Positions 23,905 through 36,065 of a stretch of 64,000 nt of DNA are shown here, in pieces. The notes beneath the pieces were generated by a model. That model worked only from the letters and a program-made list of their open reading frames with translations, did not search any database and was not told where the DNA came from. How positions within the stretch are numbered: the first letter of the stretch is position 1; each line of letters starts with the position of its first letter. The DNA is from Mobula hypostoma (taxonomy: Eukaryota): assembly GCF_963921235.1 (NCBI RefSeq), contig NC_086129.1, positions 7,006,001-7,070,000 of the forward strand, in the 5' to 3' direction. A program made the translations under genes and the position numbers.

Positions 23905-26861
23905 AAAAATCAAAAAGGGCCACTTTTCAGCATAATTGTATAAGGGCTAAGAGTGTTGTAAAAGCAAGCCTGAAGGCTTTGTGTGTCAATGCAAGGAGCA
24001 TTCGTAACAAGGTGGATGAACTGAATGTGCAGATAGTTATTAATTAATATGATATAGTAGGTACCACAGAGACATGGCTCCAGGGTGACCAAGGATGGAA
24101 GCTCAACATTCAGGGATATTCAATATTCAGGAGGGATAGACATGAAAGAGAAGGAGGTGGGGTAGCATTGCTGGTTAGAGAGGAGATTAACGCAATAGAA
24201 AGGAAGGACATTAGCCGGGAGGATGTGGAATCGATATGGGTAGAGCTGCATAACAATAAGGGGCAGAAAACGCTGGTGGGAGTTGTGTACAGGCCACCTA
24301 ACAGTAGTAGTGAGGTTGGGGATAGCATTAAATAGGAAATTAGAAATGCGTGCAATAAAGGAACAGCAGTTATAATGGGTGACTTCAATCTACATATAGA
24401 TTAGGTGAACCAAATTGGTAAAGGTGCTGAGGAAGAGGATTTCTTGGAATGTATGTGGAATGGTTTTCTGAACCAACATGTCGAGGAACCAACTGGAGAG
24501 CAGGCCATCCTAGACTGGGTATTGAGCAATGAGGAAGGGTTAGTTAGCAATCTTGTCGTGCCAGGCCCCTTGGGTAAGAGTGATCATAATATGCTGGAAT
24601 TCTTCAGTAAGATGGAGAGTGACATAGTCAATTCAGAAACAAAGGTTCTGACCTTAAAGAAGAGTAACTTTGAAGGTATGAGACGTGAATTAGCTAAGAT
24701 AGACTGGCAAATGATACTTAAAGGGTTGACGGTGGATATGCAATGGCAAGCACTTAAAGATCGCATGGATGAACTACAACAATTGTTCATCCCAGTTTGG
24801 CAAAAGAATTAACCAGGAAAGGTAGTGCACCCATGCCTGACAAGGGAAATTAGGGATAGTATCAATTCCAAAGAAGAAACATACAAATTCGCCAGAAAAA
24901 GCAGCACACCTGAGGACTGGGAGAAATTCAGAGTCCAGCAGAGGAGGACAAAGGGCTTCATTAGGAAAGGGAAAAAAGATTATGAGAGAAAGCTGGCAGG
25001 GAACATAAAAAGACTGTAAAATCTTTTATAGATATGTGAAAAGAAAAAGACTGGTTAAGACAAATGTAGGTCCCTTACAGTCAGAAAAAGTTGAATTGCT
25101 CATGGGGAACAAGGACACGGCAGACTAATTGAATAATTACTTTGGTCTGTCTTCACTAAGAAGGACATAAATAATCTTCCGGAAATAGTAGGGGACCGAG
25201 GGTCTAGTGAGATGGAGGAACTGAGGGAAATACATGTTAGTCGGGAAGTGGTGTTAGGTAAATTCAAGGGATTAAAGGCAGATAAATCCCCAGGGCCAGA
25301 TGGTCTGCATCCCAGAGTGCTTAAGGAAGTAGCCTAAGAAATAATGGATGCATTAGTGATAATTTTTCAAAACTCTTTAGATTCTGGATTAGTTTCCGAG
25401 AATTGGAGGGTGGCTAATGTAACCTGCTTTTTAAAAAAGGAGGAAGAGAGAAACCGGGGAATTACAGACCGGTCACCCTGACATCAGTGGTGGGAAAATG
25501 CTAGTCAGTTATCAAAGATGTAATAACAGCACATTTGGAAAGCAGTGAAATCATCGGACAACGTCAGCATGGATTTGTGAAAGGAAAATCATGTCTGACG
25601 AATCTCATAGAATTTTTTGAGGATGTAACTAGTAGAGTGGATAGAGGAGAACCAGTGGATGTGGTATATTTGGATTTTCAATAGGCTTTTGACAAGGTCC
25701 CACACAGGAGACTAGTGTGCAAACTTAAAGCACACGGTATTGTGGGTAAGGTATTGATGTGGATAGAGAATTGGTTGGCAGACAGGAAAAAAAGAGTGAA
25801 AATAAACGGGACCTTTTCAGAATGGCAGGCAGTGTCGAGTGGGGTATTGCAAGGCTCAGTGCTGGGATCCCAGTTGTTTACAATATATATTAATGACTTA
25901 GACCAGGGAATTAAATGCAGCATCTCCAAGTTTGTGGATGACACGAAGCTGGGTGGCAGTGTTAGCTGTGAGGAGGATGCTAAGAGGATGCAGGGTGACT
26001 TGGAGAGGTTAGGTGAGCGGGCAAATTCATGGCAGATGCAATTTAATGTGGATAAATGTGAGGTTATCCACTTTGGTGGCAAGATCAAGAAAACAGATTA
26101 TTATCTGAATGGTGGCCGATTAGGAAAAGGGGAGGTGCAATCAGACTTGGGTGTCATTATACACCAGTCATTGAAAGTGGGCATGCAGGTACAGCAGGCG
26201 GTGAAAAAGGCGAATGGTATGCTGGCATTCATAGCAAGAGGATTCGAGTACAGGTGCAGGGAGGTACTACTGCAGTTGTACAAGGTCTTGGTGAGACCAC
26301 GCCTAGAGTATTGTGTGCAGTTTTGGTCCCCTAATCTGAGGAAAGACATTCTTGCCATAGAGGGAGTACAAAGAAGGTTCACCAGATTGATTCCTGGGAT
26401 GGCAGGACTTTCATATGATGAAAGACTGGATCGACTAGGCTTATACTTTCTGGAATTTAGAAGATTGAGGGGGGATCTGATTTAAACGTATAAAATCCTA
26501 AAGGGATTGGACAGGCTCGATGCAGGAAGATTGTTCCCGATGTTGGGGAAGTCCAGAACGAGGAGTCACAGTTTGAGGATAAAGGGGAAGCCTTTTAGGA
26601 CCGAGATTAGGAAGAGTTCTTCACACAGAGAGTGGTGAATCTGTGGAATTCTCTGCCACAGGAAACAGTTTGAGGCCAGTTCATTGGCTATATTTAAGAG
26701 GGAGTTGGATATGGCCCTTGTGGCTACGGGGATCAGGGGGTATGGAGAGAAGGCAGGTACAGGGTTCAGTGTTGGATGATCAGCCATGATCATACTGAAT
26801 GGCGGTGTAGGCTCGAAGGGCCGAATGGCCTACTCCTGTACCTATTCTCTATGTTTCTATG
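23905..26861 (+). mobile_element. CR1 LINE with nearly complete but disrupted ORF2 (APE plus RT) and 3' end
   Basis: [76 protein letters not shown]; tail tctctatgtttctatg. Confidence 0.95.
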
Positions 26862-26899
26862 AGCTCAGCTCTGTCTGAGAGATCCACCGGTTCCCATTC

Positions 26900-27200
26900 C
26901 CTGATCAGCCGGAAGCTCCGCGGTTCCGTGTACGGATCGTGGGGCTCAGAGAGAGGGAAGACAAGAGCACTGTCCCGGGATTACGGGCTACGGAGTCCGG
27001 AATCCACAGCAATTGTACTGCAGTCAATGTTGATATCTTTCGCCCGCAAACCATCTCTTACCTGGAGCCGGTTCCGCGAGGCCTTTGTGTACTGCGCGCA
27101 TGCGTGTTATTCGGGAACACCCGCAACCCTGACGCCTGCGCATTCGATCGGTGCTACGGCGAAAATTGTTACGCAGAGCTTTATGGGTAATCACGGTGCC
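26900..27200 (-). promoter_or_regulatory. CpG-rich promoter and short non-coding first exon of the minus-strand ZNF gene (putative)
   Basis: NRF1-type gcgcatgcg at 27096-27104, followed on the minus strand by the donor ccag|gtaaga (exon ends 27062). Confidence 0.6.
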
Positions 27201-27429
27201 ATTAAAAGTTTCTGCAAGCTCCGGTTCCATGCCCATACCTCAATTTTTTTTGTGTGTAGAATACTCAGCAGCTCTTTTAACGCAGAAAGCCGCTCCCACA
27301 AACAATACAATTAAGTATCCGCGTGTTTAATGCCAAAGTAGAACCCTTTACAAATGCGGGTATAAAACACAAGAGATTCTGCTGTTGCTGGAAATGTGGA
27401 CACATACACACAAAATGCTGGGTGCATGC

Positions 27430-27961
27430 TGTGCGATGTGTCCTCTGTTTCAAATCAGTACCCCGTAATGACAAGCCGTACAATGGATGCGGTTAAATAA
27501 TTAAGATTTTATAACTCTTACTTGAAATATGCGATTAGTAGAGAAGCAAATTATAAAATAAAAAGGCGCCAAGAATAATAATTCGACAGTTCCTGCACAA
27601 AGAACTCGCTGGAGCTCACGCAGTATCCTCGGTTCACCATTCGATTTCTTCCGAACTCCGTGGGTTCCGAGTCCCCGCTCGGGGTCCGCTCCGCTGGCCA
27701 GCTCACAGCATCTCTTCGTGTGCGTCTTCTCTCTTCATCCCCGTGGCGCGTTCTGCCCAAATCCCGCGCAAACAACAGCTTTCAAATACACAAGAAAGAA
27801 TAGCATCTGTCCCTATTGGTTACACATGAATACAAGACCCGTTATCGCTAATTATAACCCAAACATGCTGCTACAGAGAACCCCTTACATCAGCAGTTCA
27901 AATTACAGAGAAGTCATTTTTATTAGCCTTAGCAAGTAACACGAAAGAAGAACCCTTTACA
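27430..27961. mobile_element. Possible solo LTR or unclassified repeat
   Basis: Ends ...gaaccctttaca and is LTR-like in composition, but no TSD or clear left terminus was found. Confidence 0.3.
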
Positions 27962-28959
27962 CAAAGGAGATGTCAGAGGCAAGTTTTTTTACACAAAGAA
28001 TGGTGGGTGTGCGGAATGCACTGTCGGTGACGGTGAAGGAGGCGAATACAATAGGGTGTTTTAAGAGACTCTTAGATTGGTACACGGAGCCTAAAAAAAA
28101 AGAGGGCTATGCGGTAGGGTAATTCTAAGCGGTTTCTAGAGTAGAATACATGGTTAGCACAACATTGTGGGCCGAAGGACATGTAATGTGTTCTAGGTTT
28201 ATATGAACACACTGCCACCGAGACCTCCCAGAACAGAGGATGATTCCTTTTCTGACACCAGCAGGCTCTGCCCATCCGTACCAGAATATGACTGGTTCCC
28301 CCAGTCGCCGATAGATGCAGTTTGTGCGTCATTCACTGGCGGCGCACATCGTGCTCTCTGCTGGCACTAACCTAGCACCAGGATCCTGGCCTCCGGTTGG
28401 CACTGGCTCTTTATGAGGAACCACCCGTTTGGAATCCACCCCATTCAGGGGCATCCCTGTTGAGGGTGGGTTAAACTTTGTGGAGGGCAGTTTCAGATCT
28501 CAAATGGCCTTTAATGTGACCCACCCCCTACTCTCCAACGTGGACATACCCGCAAGTCATCTCCACAATCCCTATGGGCTATCTTTAATCCTGTGGCTGG
28601 CACAGCCAGGGAGAGTATATCGGCCCCAAAGGCAGCTCGACTGAGTGGCAGGTGTTTATGGCGAGGGGTGGACTCCGTCGGTCTGGTCCTCGTGAGCTCG
28701 GAGCTGGATATCCATCTCTTCCTATTCCATCCTCTCCAGAGACAGTACCGTAACTCCCACCTGGTCCACCCGGGGTAAATCCCATCAGAGTATACAACTT
28801 CAGACAGAACTGCTCCGAAAGACAAACATCCATCGGCACATAGAAATGGTAACTTTTAAAATGAGAAATAAATCAATGTAAAAACAAATTTAGAGGTGGA
28901 ATTTTAACCCCTCCGACCTCAGGATGGGTGGGATGGAAATGGTCCTGAGGTGAGAGAGG

Positions 28960-29205
28960 TGGTTTCATACCGCCACCACGACTCAGTCGACCCATGAAGA
29001 GGAACGAGAGCCCCGGGAAGTTTCTGCTGATGATGAACTGGCGCTACCGCCACCGCCATTCCTATGGCGCATGCGCATCGCAGGAACCGCAGCGGATAAA
29101 AGGGTCTCTCGATTGTGGGTTCTTCTGGGTAAAGAGTAAACCATAGGTCACCCTACCTGCGCCCTCTGCGCTTGCGCAAAGACGTGTTTCGAAGTACAGG
29201 TGTAG
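28960..29205 (+). promoter_or_regulatory. CpG-rich promoter of the plus-strand ZNF gene (putative)
   Basis: Perfect NRF1 palindrome gcgcatgcgc at 29067-29076, second site tgcgcttgcgca at 29167-29178, YY1-like cgccatt at 29054-29060. Confidence 0.6.
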
Positions 29206-29250
29206 GGAATGGGAGCGGAAGGGTTTTACATTGCTGAGCTGTCTCTATCC

Positions 29251-29293
<43 letters not shown>

Positions 29294-30300
29294 GTAAAAA
29301 TTGAATTCTTACATCCAAAGGAGTAAACATCGTTATTTGTGTCTCCATCGCAATGTACAAGCAATAAAGACGGGAAATGTGGAAAATATTGCCCAAATAC
29401 TAAGATTGTATGCATAATTGCTTTTATACAGGTATGTACCAGATACACTCAGATCAAAGGATCCAAATATTAGGATCTTGGAACAAAAATACTGTTCCCA
29501 GTTAAACTAAGATGAAGAGTTTACTTTCCAGTCAGTAAAAATGCCAATTACTGCTGTATGAAAAACAACACAAAATCCTTCCATCAGCTTTGGTTCTACC
29601 TCCTTTTGTTCCGGAACTTTCTACCCGTGAGAACATTTTTGTACTATTCTCACTGGGCACACAATGATATCAAACACCTTTGTTCTGGGTAACAAGTGTC
29701 CTGTAGATTTCACATCACAAACTGTGACACTGCACTGGGAAAAGCTACTGCACTCCCCCTCAAGAGTAAGCCACAGGTGATACTACCTGCCAAAGACGTG
29801 TTTCGAAGTGCAGGTGTAGGGAATGGGAGCGGATGGGTTTTGCAGACATTGCCTATAGCTATCTAATAATAATAATAAATAATCATAAAGTTTTAATTCT
29901 TACATCCAAGGGAGTAAACATTGTATTCGTGTCTCCATCGCAATGCACAACAATAAAGTCGGGAAATGTGGGAGGATATTACCCAAACACTGAGATTGCA
30001 TACATAATCTTTTTGGATGCGTGTATGTACCAGATAGAATCAGATCAAAGGATCCAGGTATTCTGAACTCGGAACAAAAATACTGATCCCAGTTAAACTC
30101 AGTTTGCCTTTCAGTCAGTGACAATGCCAATTGGTGATGTATGAAAGAAACACAAAATCCTTCCATCAGCTTTAGTTCCACCTCCTCTTGTTCCGGACCT
30201 TTCTACCCGTGAGAACTTGTTCTGTCCTGGGTAACAGGTGATCTGTAGATTTCACATCACAGAACGTGAGAATAAGAAAAACTACTGCCCCCCCCCTTAC
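29132..30300 (+). repeat. Tandem duplication, period about 630 bp (copies about 29132-29761 and 29762-30300), including (AAT)14 at 29251-29293
   Basis: caaagacgtgtttcgaagt(a/g)caggtgtagggaatgggagcgg at 29177 and 29791, with collinear similarity onward. Confidence 0.9.
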
Positions 30301-30820
30301 CCTCATATTCATTGGCATTGCCATCAATGGGTTCACCAACGTCCATCACCTGGGGTGGCTGGGTCAACGTAATCGGAGTCTCCAGGATGAGCCGTGTAAT
30401 ATCACGGGCTCTTCGCAGCGCTGTGTAACATGACCATTGGTGTGAGCAGGATTTTTTTTTTTCAGCACAGCCTGAAAATCTGCTCAGCACTTTCAATTAA
30501 CATTATGTGAAAGAAAGTTCCATAAATGCAGCACCAAATGCGATCTGCATGGGAGCATTTCAGTTGCTGTGCCGCCGTACACACGCTCTGCTGAGAGAGA
30601 ACAGTGACGAACCGCAATGGAGAGAATCAAACTGAGCCAAGTCACGGCCTGCAGACAGGCAGAAATGTCCCAATTTTATACGGAGAGGAAGACTGTCAGA
30701 GAAATTGATGGTTAGTCCAGAAGCCGGCACTGTGCCCAGTTAAAGGATGACGTTTTCCCCCAGTTATAACAGTATGATGTCAGAGCTCAGCAAAGAGGCT
30801 AAAACTACCTCATCTGAAAT

Positions 30821-31350
30821 ACAACCATAAGATAGAGGAGCAAAATTAGGCCATTTGGTTCATCGAGCTTTTGACTTGCCCACCACAGGAAACATCCTCT
30901 CCACATCTATTCTATCGAGACCATTCAACATTTGATAGGTTTTCAATGAGGCCCCCTTCATTCTTCTGAATTCCGGTGAGTAGAGGCCCGGAGCTATCGA
31001 ATGCTCCTCATATGACCAACTTTCATTCCTGGATTATCATTTCCGTGAACCTCCAGTGAGCCCACTCCAGTGTCAGCACATCCTTTCCTAGATATGGGGC
31101 TGAAAACTGCTCCCAGTACTCCAGGTGAGACCTTGCCTGTTCTTTGTAAAGCCTCAGAAATGCGTCCTTGTTTTATGTTCTCATCCTCTCAAAATGAATG
31201 AACGCTAGTTGTCCTTCCTCACCACCAACTCAACCTGCAAAATAACCTCCACCAGGATTCAGAAGTATCTTTGACAGTTTTGAAATGACTCTCCAGTTAG
31301 AAAATAGTCTACACTTTTATTTCTTCCTCCGAAGTTCATGACCATACATC
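30821..31350 (-). mobile_element. CR1 3' fragment in the intron of the plus-strand ZNF gene
   Basis: Reverse-complement CR1 3' end (accataagatagaggagcaaaattaggccatt...). Confidence 0.75.
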
Positions 31351-31765
31351 CCAAAATTCAATCCGTCCTTTTGTAATTATTTTTACAGGCAAGAAACAGC
31401 AAAAATCATTCGTGTGCAGCAATATCAAACACAGCGACATTCTGTCCAGATGTTTAAGGAGTGACTAGATGTTTCCTTTGTGACTCCAATATATCAGTTG
31501 TTGATCCTTGGAGATGAAGAAATATCTCATCCCAGCTGGAAACGTGCTTTGTCTCTGAAATTAAGTTTTTAATTCAGTGAAATCGACTGGAACCGGGGTA
31601 CTGACAACACACCAGCATTTATTCACTGGAGATCAGTTCTCAGGATTGATTGTTCCAGGGATTCTCTACGTCTGACATCTGGCTTGATGAATTGATGGAG
31701 AATTGATATAAAACTATTGGAAGTGATTCACTCACTCACTCATCCCAGCGAGTTCACACTGGGAA

Positions 31766-32437
31766 ATGCCGTTCACCTGCTCAGACTGTGGGAAGGGATT
31801 CACTCAGTCATCCAAACTACAGATACACCAACAAGTTCACAAAGGGGAGAGGCCATTCACTTGCTCAGAATGTGGGAAGAGGTTTACACGGTCATCTAAC
31901 CTACTGGTACACCAGGCAGTTCACACTGGGAAGAGGCCATTGGCCTGCTCAAATAGTGGGAAGGGATTCACTCGGTCATCTAAGCTACTGGCACACCAGG
32001 TAGTTCACACTAGAGAGATGCCATTCACCTGCTCAGACTGTGGGAAGAGGTTTATTTGGTCATCTAACCTAAGGGTACACCAGCGAGTTCGCACTGGGGC
32101 AAAGCCATTCAACTGCTCAGACTGTGGGAATGGATTCACTCGGTCATCTGAAATGAAGGCCCATCATTTAATTCACACTGGCAAGAGACCATTCACCTGC
32201 TCAGACTGTAGGAAGGGATTTACTCGGTCATCTAATCTGAAGGTACATCAGCGAGTTCACACCGGGGAGAGGCCATTCACCTGATCTGTATGTGGAAAGG
32301 GATTCCCTCAATCATCTGACCTACTGGTACACCAGCGAGTTCACACAGGGAGAGGCCATTCATTTGCTTGGACTGTGGGAAGAAATTCACTCGATCATCC
32401 CACCTACAAACGCACCAGCGAGTTCATGCTGGGCGGA
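31766..32437 (+). pseudogene. Decaying C2H2 zinc-finger gene (open frame 31766-32284, 172 aa; 4 intact and 2 broken fingers)
   Basis: Finger 3 has Cys>Ser and finger 4 His>Arg. TGA replaces Cys at 32282-32284, then a frameshift near 32348 affects two further fingers. Acceptor ttttacag at 31381-31388. A truncated product cannot be excluded. Confidence 0.7.
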
Positions 32438-32449
32438 AAACAAAAGGTG

Positions 32450-33640
32450 CAATCTGTTCAATAACTGCAAGTTCTCTGGCCCCGACGGTCTTATTTTCAC
32501 CATGGATGTTCACTACTACTACGTCGACTTTGGCCTAGGGGGTCAGGTCAGGGCCTTGCCTTGCTACTGGTACCACCTGTCTCGGGTCGGGTTGTCGGTG
32601 ACTCAATCTGCACACTCCCCGCCGCACTTCGGTTAATCGGGGAGGAGGGTGTGTAGGCACCCAGCAGGACTAAAAACAAAACCTGTCAAAGGGCGGATGA
32701 ACTCTTTGTGAGTCAACGGCCACCTACTGTCTGTGTGAGGAGTGGCGTGCCACACAGTCTTTCGTTTTGTGCCTTGAAAGGCAAGGCATGGATGTCCAGT
32801 CCCTATATACTCCCATACCTCACTATGGAGGCCTCGAATCTCTCTATTTCTTTCTGGACACGAGTTACCCTCCAACACCACTCTCCTCCATCCAGTGGAA
32901 CTAGTCCTCACCGTCAATAGTTCCTCCTTTGGCTCCTCCCACTTCCTGCAAACAAAAGGTGTATCCATGGGGACTCACGTGTCCCAGCTATGCCTGTCTG
33001 TTTGTCAGCTATGTGGAACAGTCTGTTCCAAGCCTAAACTGATATCACACCCACACTTTTCCTACGTAACACTGAGAACTGCATTGGTGCTGCGTCCTGC
33101 ACGCATGCGAATCTAGACAACTTCATCAACTTTGCCTCCAACTTCCACCCTACCCTTAAGTTTAACTGGTTTATTTTTTGGCACTTCCCTCTCCTTTCAA
33201 AATCCCTCTACCCCTGGAGACAGTTTATCAATTGATGTCTATTATAAACCCATTGACTCTCACAACTACCAAGACTAAATCTCTTCCCACTCTGTTATTC
33301 TCTCAATTCCTCTGTCTCTGCCACATCTGCTGTCAGAATGAGACTTTTCATTCCAGAATGAAGGAGCTGTCCTCCTTCATCAAAGAAAGAGGCTTCCCTT
33401 CCTCCACCATCAATGCTGCCCTGAACCACATCTCTTCCATTTCCCGCATGTCTGCTCTCAGCCCATTCTCCCACCAGCCCACCATGGATAGTGTTATATA
33501 TGTATACATTAGTCCTGCAAATCGGCTCGTCCTGAAATGTTAACTGTACGCTTCCATTGATGCTGCCTGGCCTGCTGAGTTCCTCCAGCATTTTGTCTGT
33601 GTTACTTGGATTTCCAGCATCTGCAGATTTCCTCTTGTTT
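32450..33640 (+). mobile_element. Penelope-like element RT fragment
   Basis: FTMDVQSLYTPIPH, FGSSHFLQTKGVSMGT, FSQFLCLCHICCQNETFHSR, ERGFPSSTINAAL; pseudo-LTR-like end. Confidence 0.8.
32513..32786 (-). mobile_element. Short retroposon with (TAG)n tail and 12-bp TSD inserted in the Penelope fragment
   Basis: catggatgt(t/c)ca at 32501-32512 and 32787-32798; ctactactac at the left end. Confidence 0.6.
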
Positions 33641-33964
33641 GAAATAATATGCCTGCTGGATATTTAAACTTCCCAGTTGTTGAATGCAGAGTGAAGTTCA
33701 AAAGTGACTGTTGGTTTCGAACACTATAATTATTACTGTTTGTCATCAAACATGTTTTAAGTTGTTGGCCGGGTGTCAAAATAGCTACGTTATTGTGTGC
33801 GCAGAGACAGGACAGTGCTGAAGAAGGGTCTTGACCCGAAATATCGACTGTTTCTCCCTTCCATGGATGTGCCTGTCCTGCTGAGTTCCTCCAGCATTTC
33901 TGTGTGTTGCAATAACCTGCAAGCTTTGACTAATTAACAGTGTGCAGTGAAACCTCCCCCATCC

Positions 33965-34440
33965 ACTGTTGAGGAACCTCATCACATCGGCCGTGGATGG
34001 TCAGGGCCCACATCCCTCTTTTGTGAGGCATCTCCCCAATGTGCAATGGATATGGTGGGACAACCCCCTCCCCTGTGAGAAACCACTGTCATCAGCCATC
34101 GATCTATTAGGATCACCAACCTCCACTGTGAGAAACCTCCCCCATTGCCAGTGGATGTGCTGGGATCACCCCTCTCCCCTGTGAGAAACCTCCCCCATTG
34201 CCAGTGGATGTGCTGTAATCACCCCTCTCCCACGTGAGAAACCTCCCCCATTGCCAGTGGATGTACTGGGATCACCATCTCACCAGTGAGAAACCTCCTC
34301 CATTGTCCATGCATGGACTGGATCCATCACCCTCCCCGTGAGAAAACTCCCCTAATGGCCGTGGATGTGCTAGGACCACGAGGCTCCACTGTGAGAAACC
34401 TCTCCCATTGACCGTACATGGGTAGGGACCATCACCATCA
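33965..34440. repeat. 52-53-bp minisatellite, about 9 diverged copies
   Basis: gtgagaaacctcccccattgccagtggatgtgctgggatcacccctctcccct, with unit starts at 34023, 34075, 34128, 34181, 34234, 34286, 34338 and 34391. Confidence 0.9.
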
Positions 34441-34699
34441 CATCTACATCGGCCATCCATGGGAAAAATGGAAACACTCTGGGAGGGATTCAGTGGGAAC
34501 AGGAATCGCATCAGTAAGGCTGTGGTCCAGGCCATTCTGCCCCACCGTCCCATGCTGGTAGCTGGAGCTTAGCCAGTCCTCCTGCTGAGCCACTCAGCTC
34601 CATCGTTCAGCAATGGCTGTCTGAACCCCCCCACCACCACATGTCCTGGGCCCAGACAGTCATAGTGAAATAAAAACAGAAAATGTTGGAAATTTCAGC

Positions 34700-35350
34700 A
34701 GGGATGAGACCTGGGAGATACTGGTCATGGGATCCTTAATCTGGGAGAGACGGGGGATGGGACCGTCAGTCCGGGAGAGACCGGGGACGGGACCTTCCGT
34801 CCGGGAGAGTCTCAGGATGAGACCGTCAGTCCGGGAGAAACCGAGTATGAGAACCTCAATCCAGTAGACTCTGGCTGTGAGATCTTCAGTCCAGGAGAGG
34901 CTGGCTGTGAGACCCTCAGTTCAGGTGGGACTGGGGATGAGACCATCAATCTGGGAGAGACTAGGAATGAAATATTTAGTCAGGGTGGGACTAGGTGTGA
35001 GGCCTTCAGTCCAGGAGAGACTCGGGATATGACATTTAGACCTTCAGCTTGGCAGAGACTGGGTGTGAGACCTTCAGACTGGAAGAGATAAGGGATGGGA
35101 CATTCAGTCGAGGAGAGACTGGGAATGTGACCTTCAGTCGGGGAGAGACTGGGATTGGGACCATCAATGGGTCAGCAGTTTGCTCTCCCAGTCTCTGCTG
35201 GACTGAAGATATCATCCCCTGTCTCTGTCAGACTGAATTCTCATCCCGTCTCTATCAGACTAAATTCTCAGCCCCTGTCTCTGTCAGACTGAATTCTCAG
35301 CCCCTGTCTCTGTCAGACTGAATTCTCAGCCCCAGTCTTTGTCAGTCTGC
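34700..35350. repeat. 30-bp minisatellite (about 15 copies, +) followed by an inverted 29-bp variant (about 6 copies)
   Basis: ttcagtccgggagagactggggatgagacc to about 35168, then cccctgtctctgtcagactgaattctcag from about 35183. Confidence 0.88.
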
Positions 35351-35650
35351 AGTGATTCACTCAGTCGTCTGATCTGCTGCCTCTTCAGCAAGTTCACACT
35401 GGGCAGACACCATTCACCTGCTCCAACTGTTGTAAGGGATGCACTCGGTCATCCAGCATACAGAGACACCAGTGAGTTTACACCGGAGAGAAGCCATTCA
35501 CCTGTTCCATTCGTGATTCACTCGATCATCTCACCAGTATTGGTACACCAGTCAGTTCACACTGGGGAGAGACCTTTCACCTGCTCAGACTGTGGGACGG
35601 GATTCAGTCATCCACCCTTGTGAGTCACTACCGAGCTCACACTGGCCAAT
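35345..35650 (+). pseudogene. C2H2 zinc-finger remnant
   Basis: [17 protein letters not shown] and frameshifted neighbouring fingers. Confidence 0.75.
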
Positions 35651-35679
35651 AAGTTTCAATAAGTTGCTGAGTTTGATGA

Positions 35680-36065
35680 ACAGCAGCAATATTTGCTGAG
35701 TTCGGCACCAACAGTCAGTTTTGAACTTTCCTCTGGACTCAGCAACTGAGATGGAGAAATATCCAGCATGCAGCTGATTGAAAATGTCTCCCCAGTGTGA
35801 ACCCGGTTGTGCAAGACAAGGTTGGATGACCGAGTGAATCTCTTCCCACATTCAGATCAGGTAAACAGCCTCTCCCCAGTGTGAACTGACTGGTGTGCCA
35901 GTAGGTGGGATGATTGAATGAATGCCTCCCGACAAATAGAACAGGCGAACAGCTTCTCCCCAGTGCGAACTCGCTGATGATTCCTCAGACTGAATAAGCG
36001 TCTGAACCCCTTCCCACGGTCTGAGCAGCTGAACTGGGCTTCTCTCCGGTGTGAACTCGCTGATG
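35680..36065 (-). pseudogene. C2H2 zinc-finger remnant with 3' UTR homologous to 18594-18720
   Basis: [40 protein letters not shown]; shared aaatatccagcatgcagc..attgaaa..tctccccagtgtgaaccc. Confidence 0.78.
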
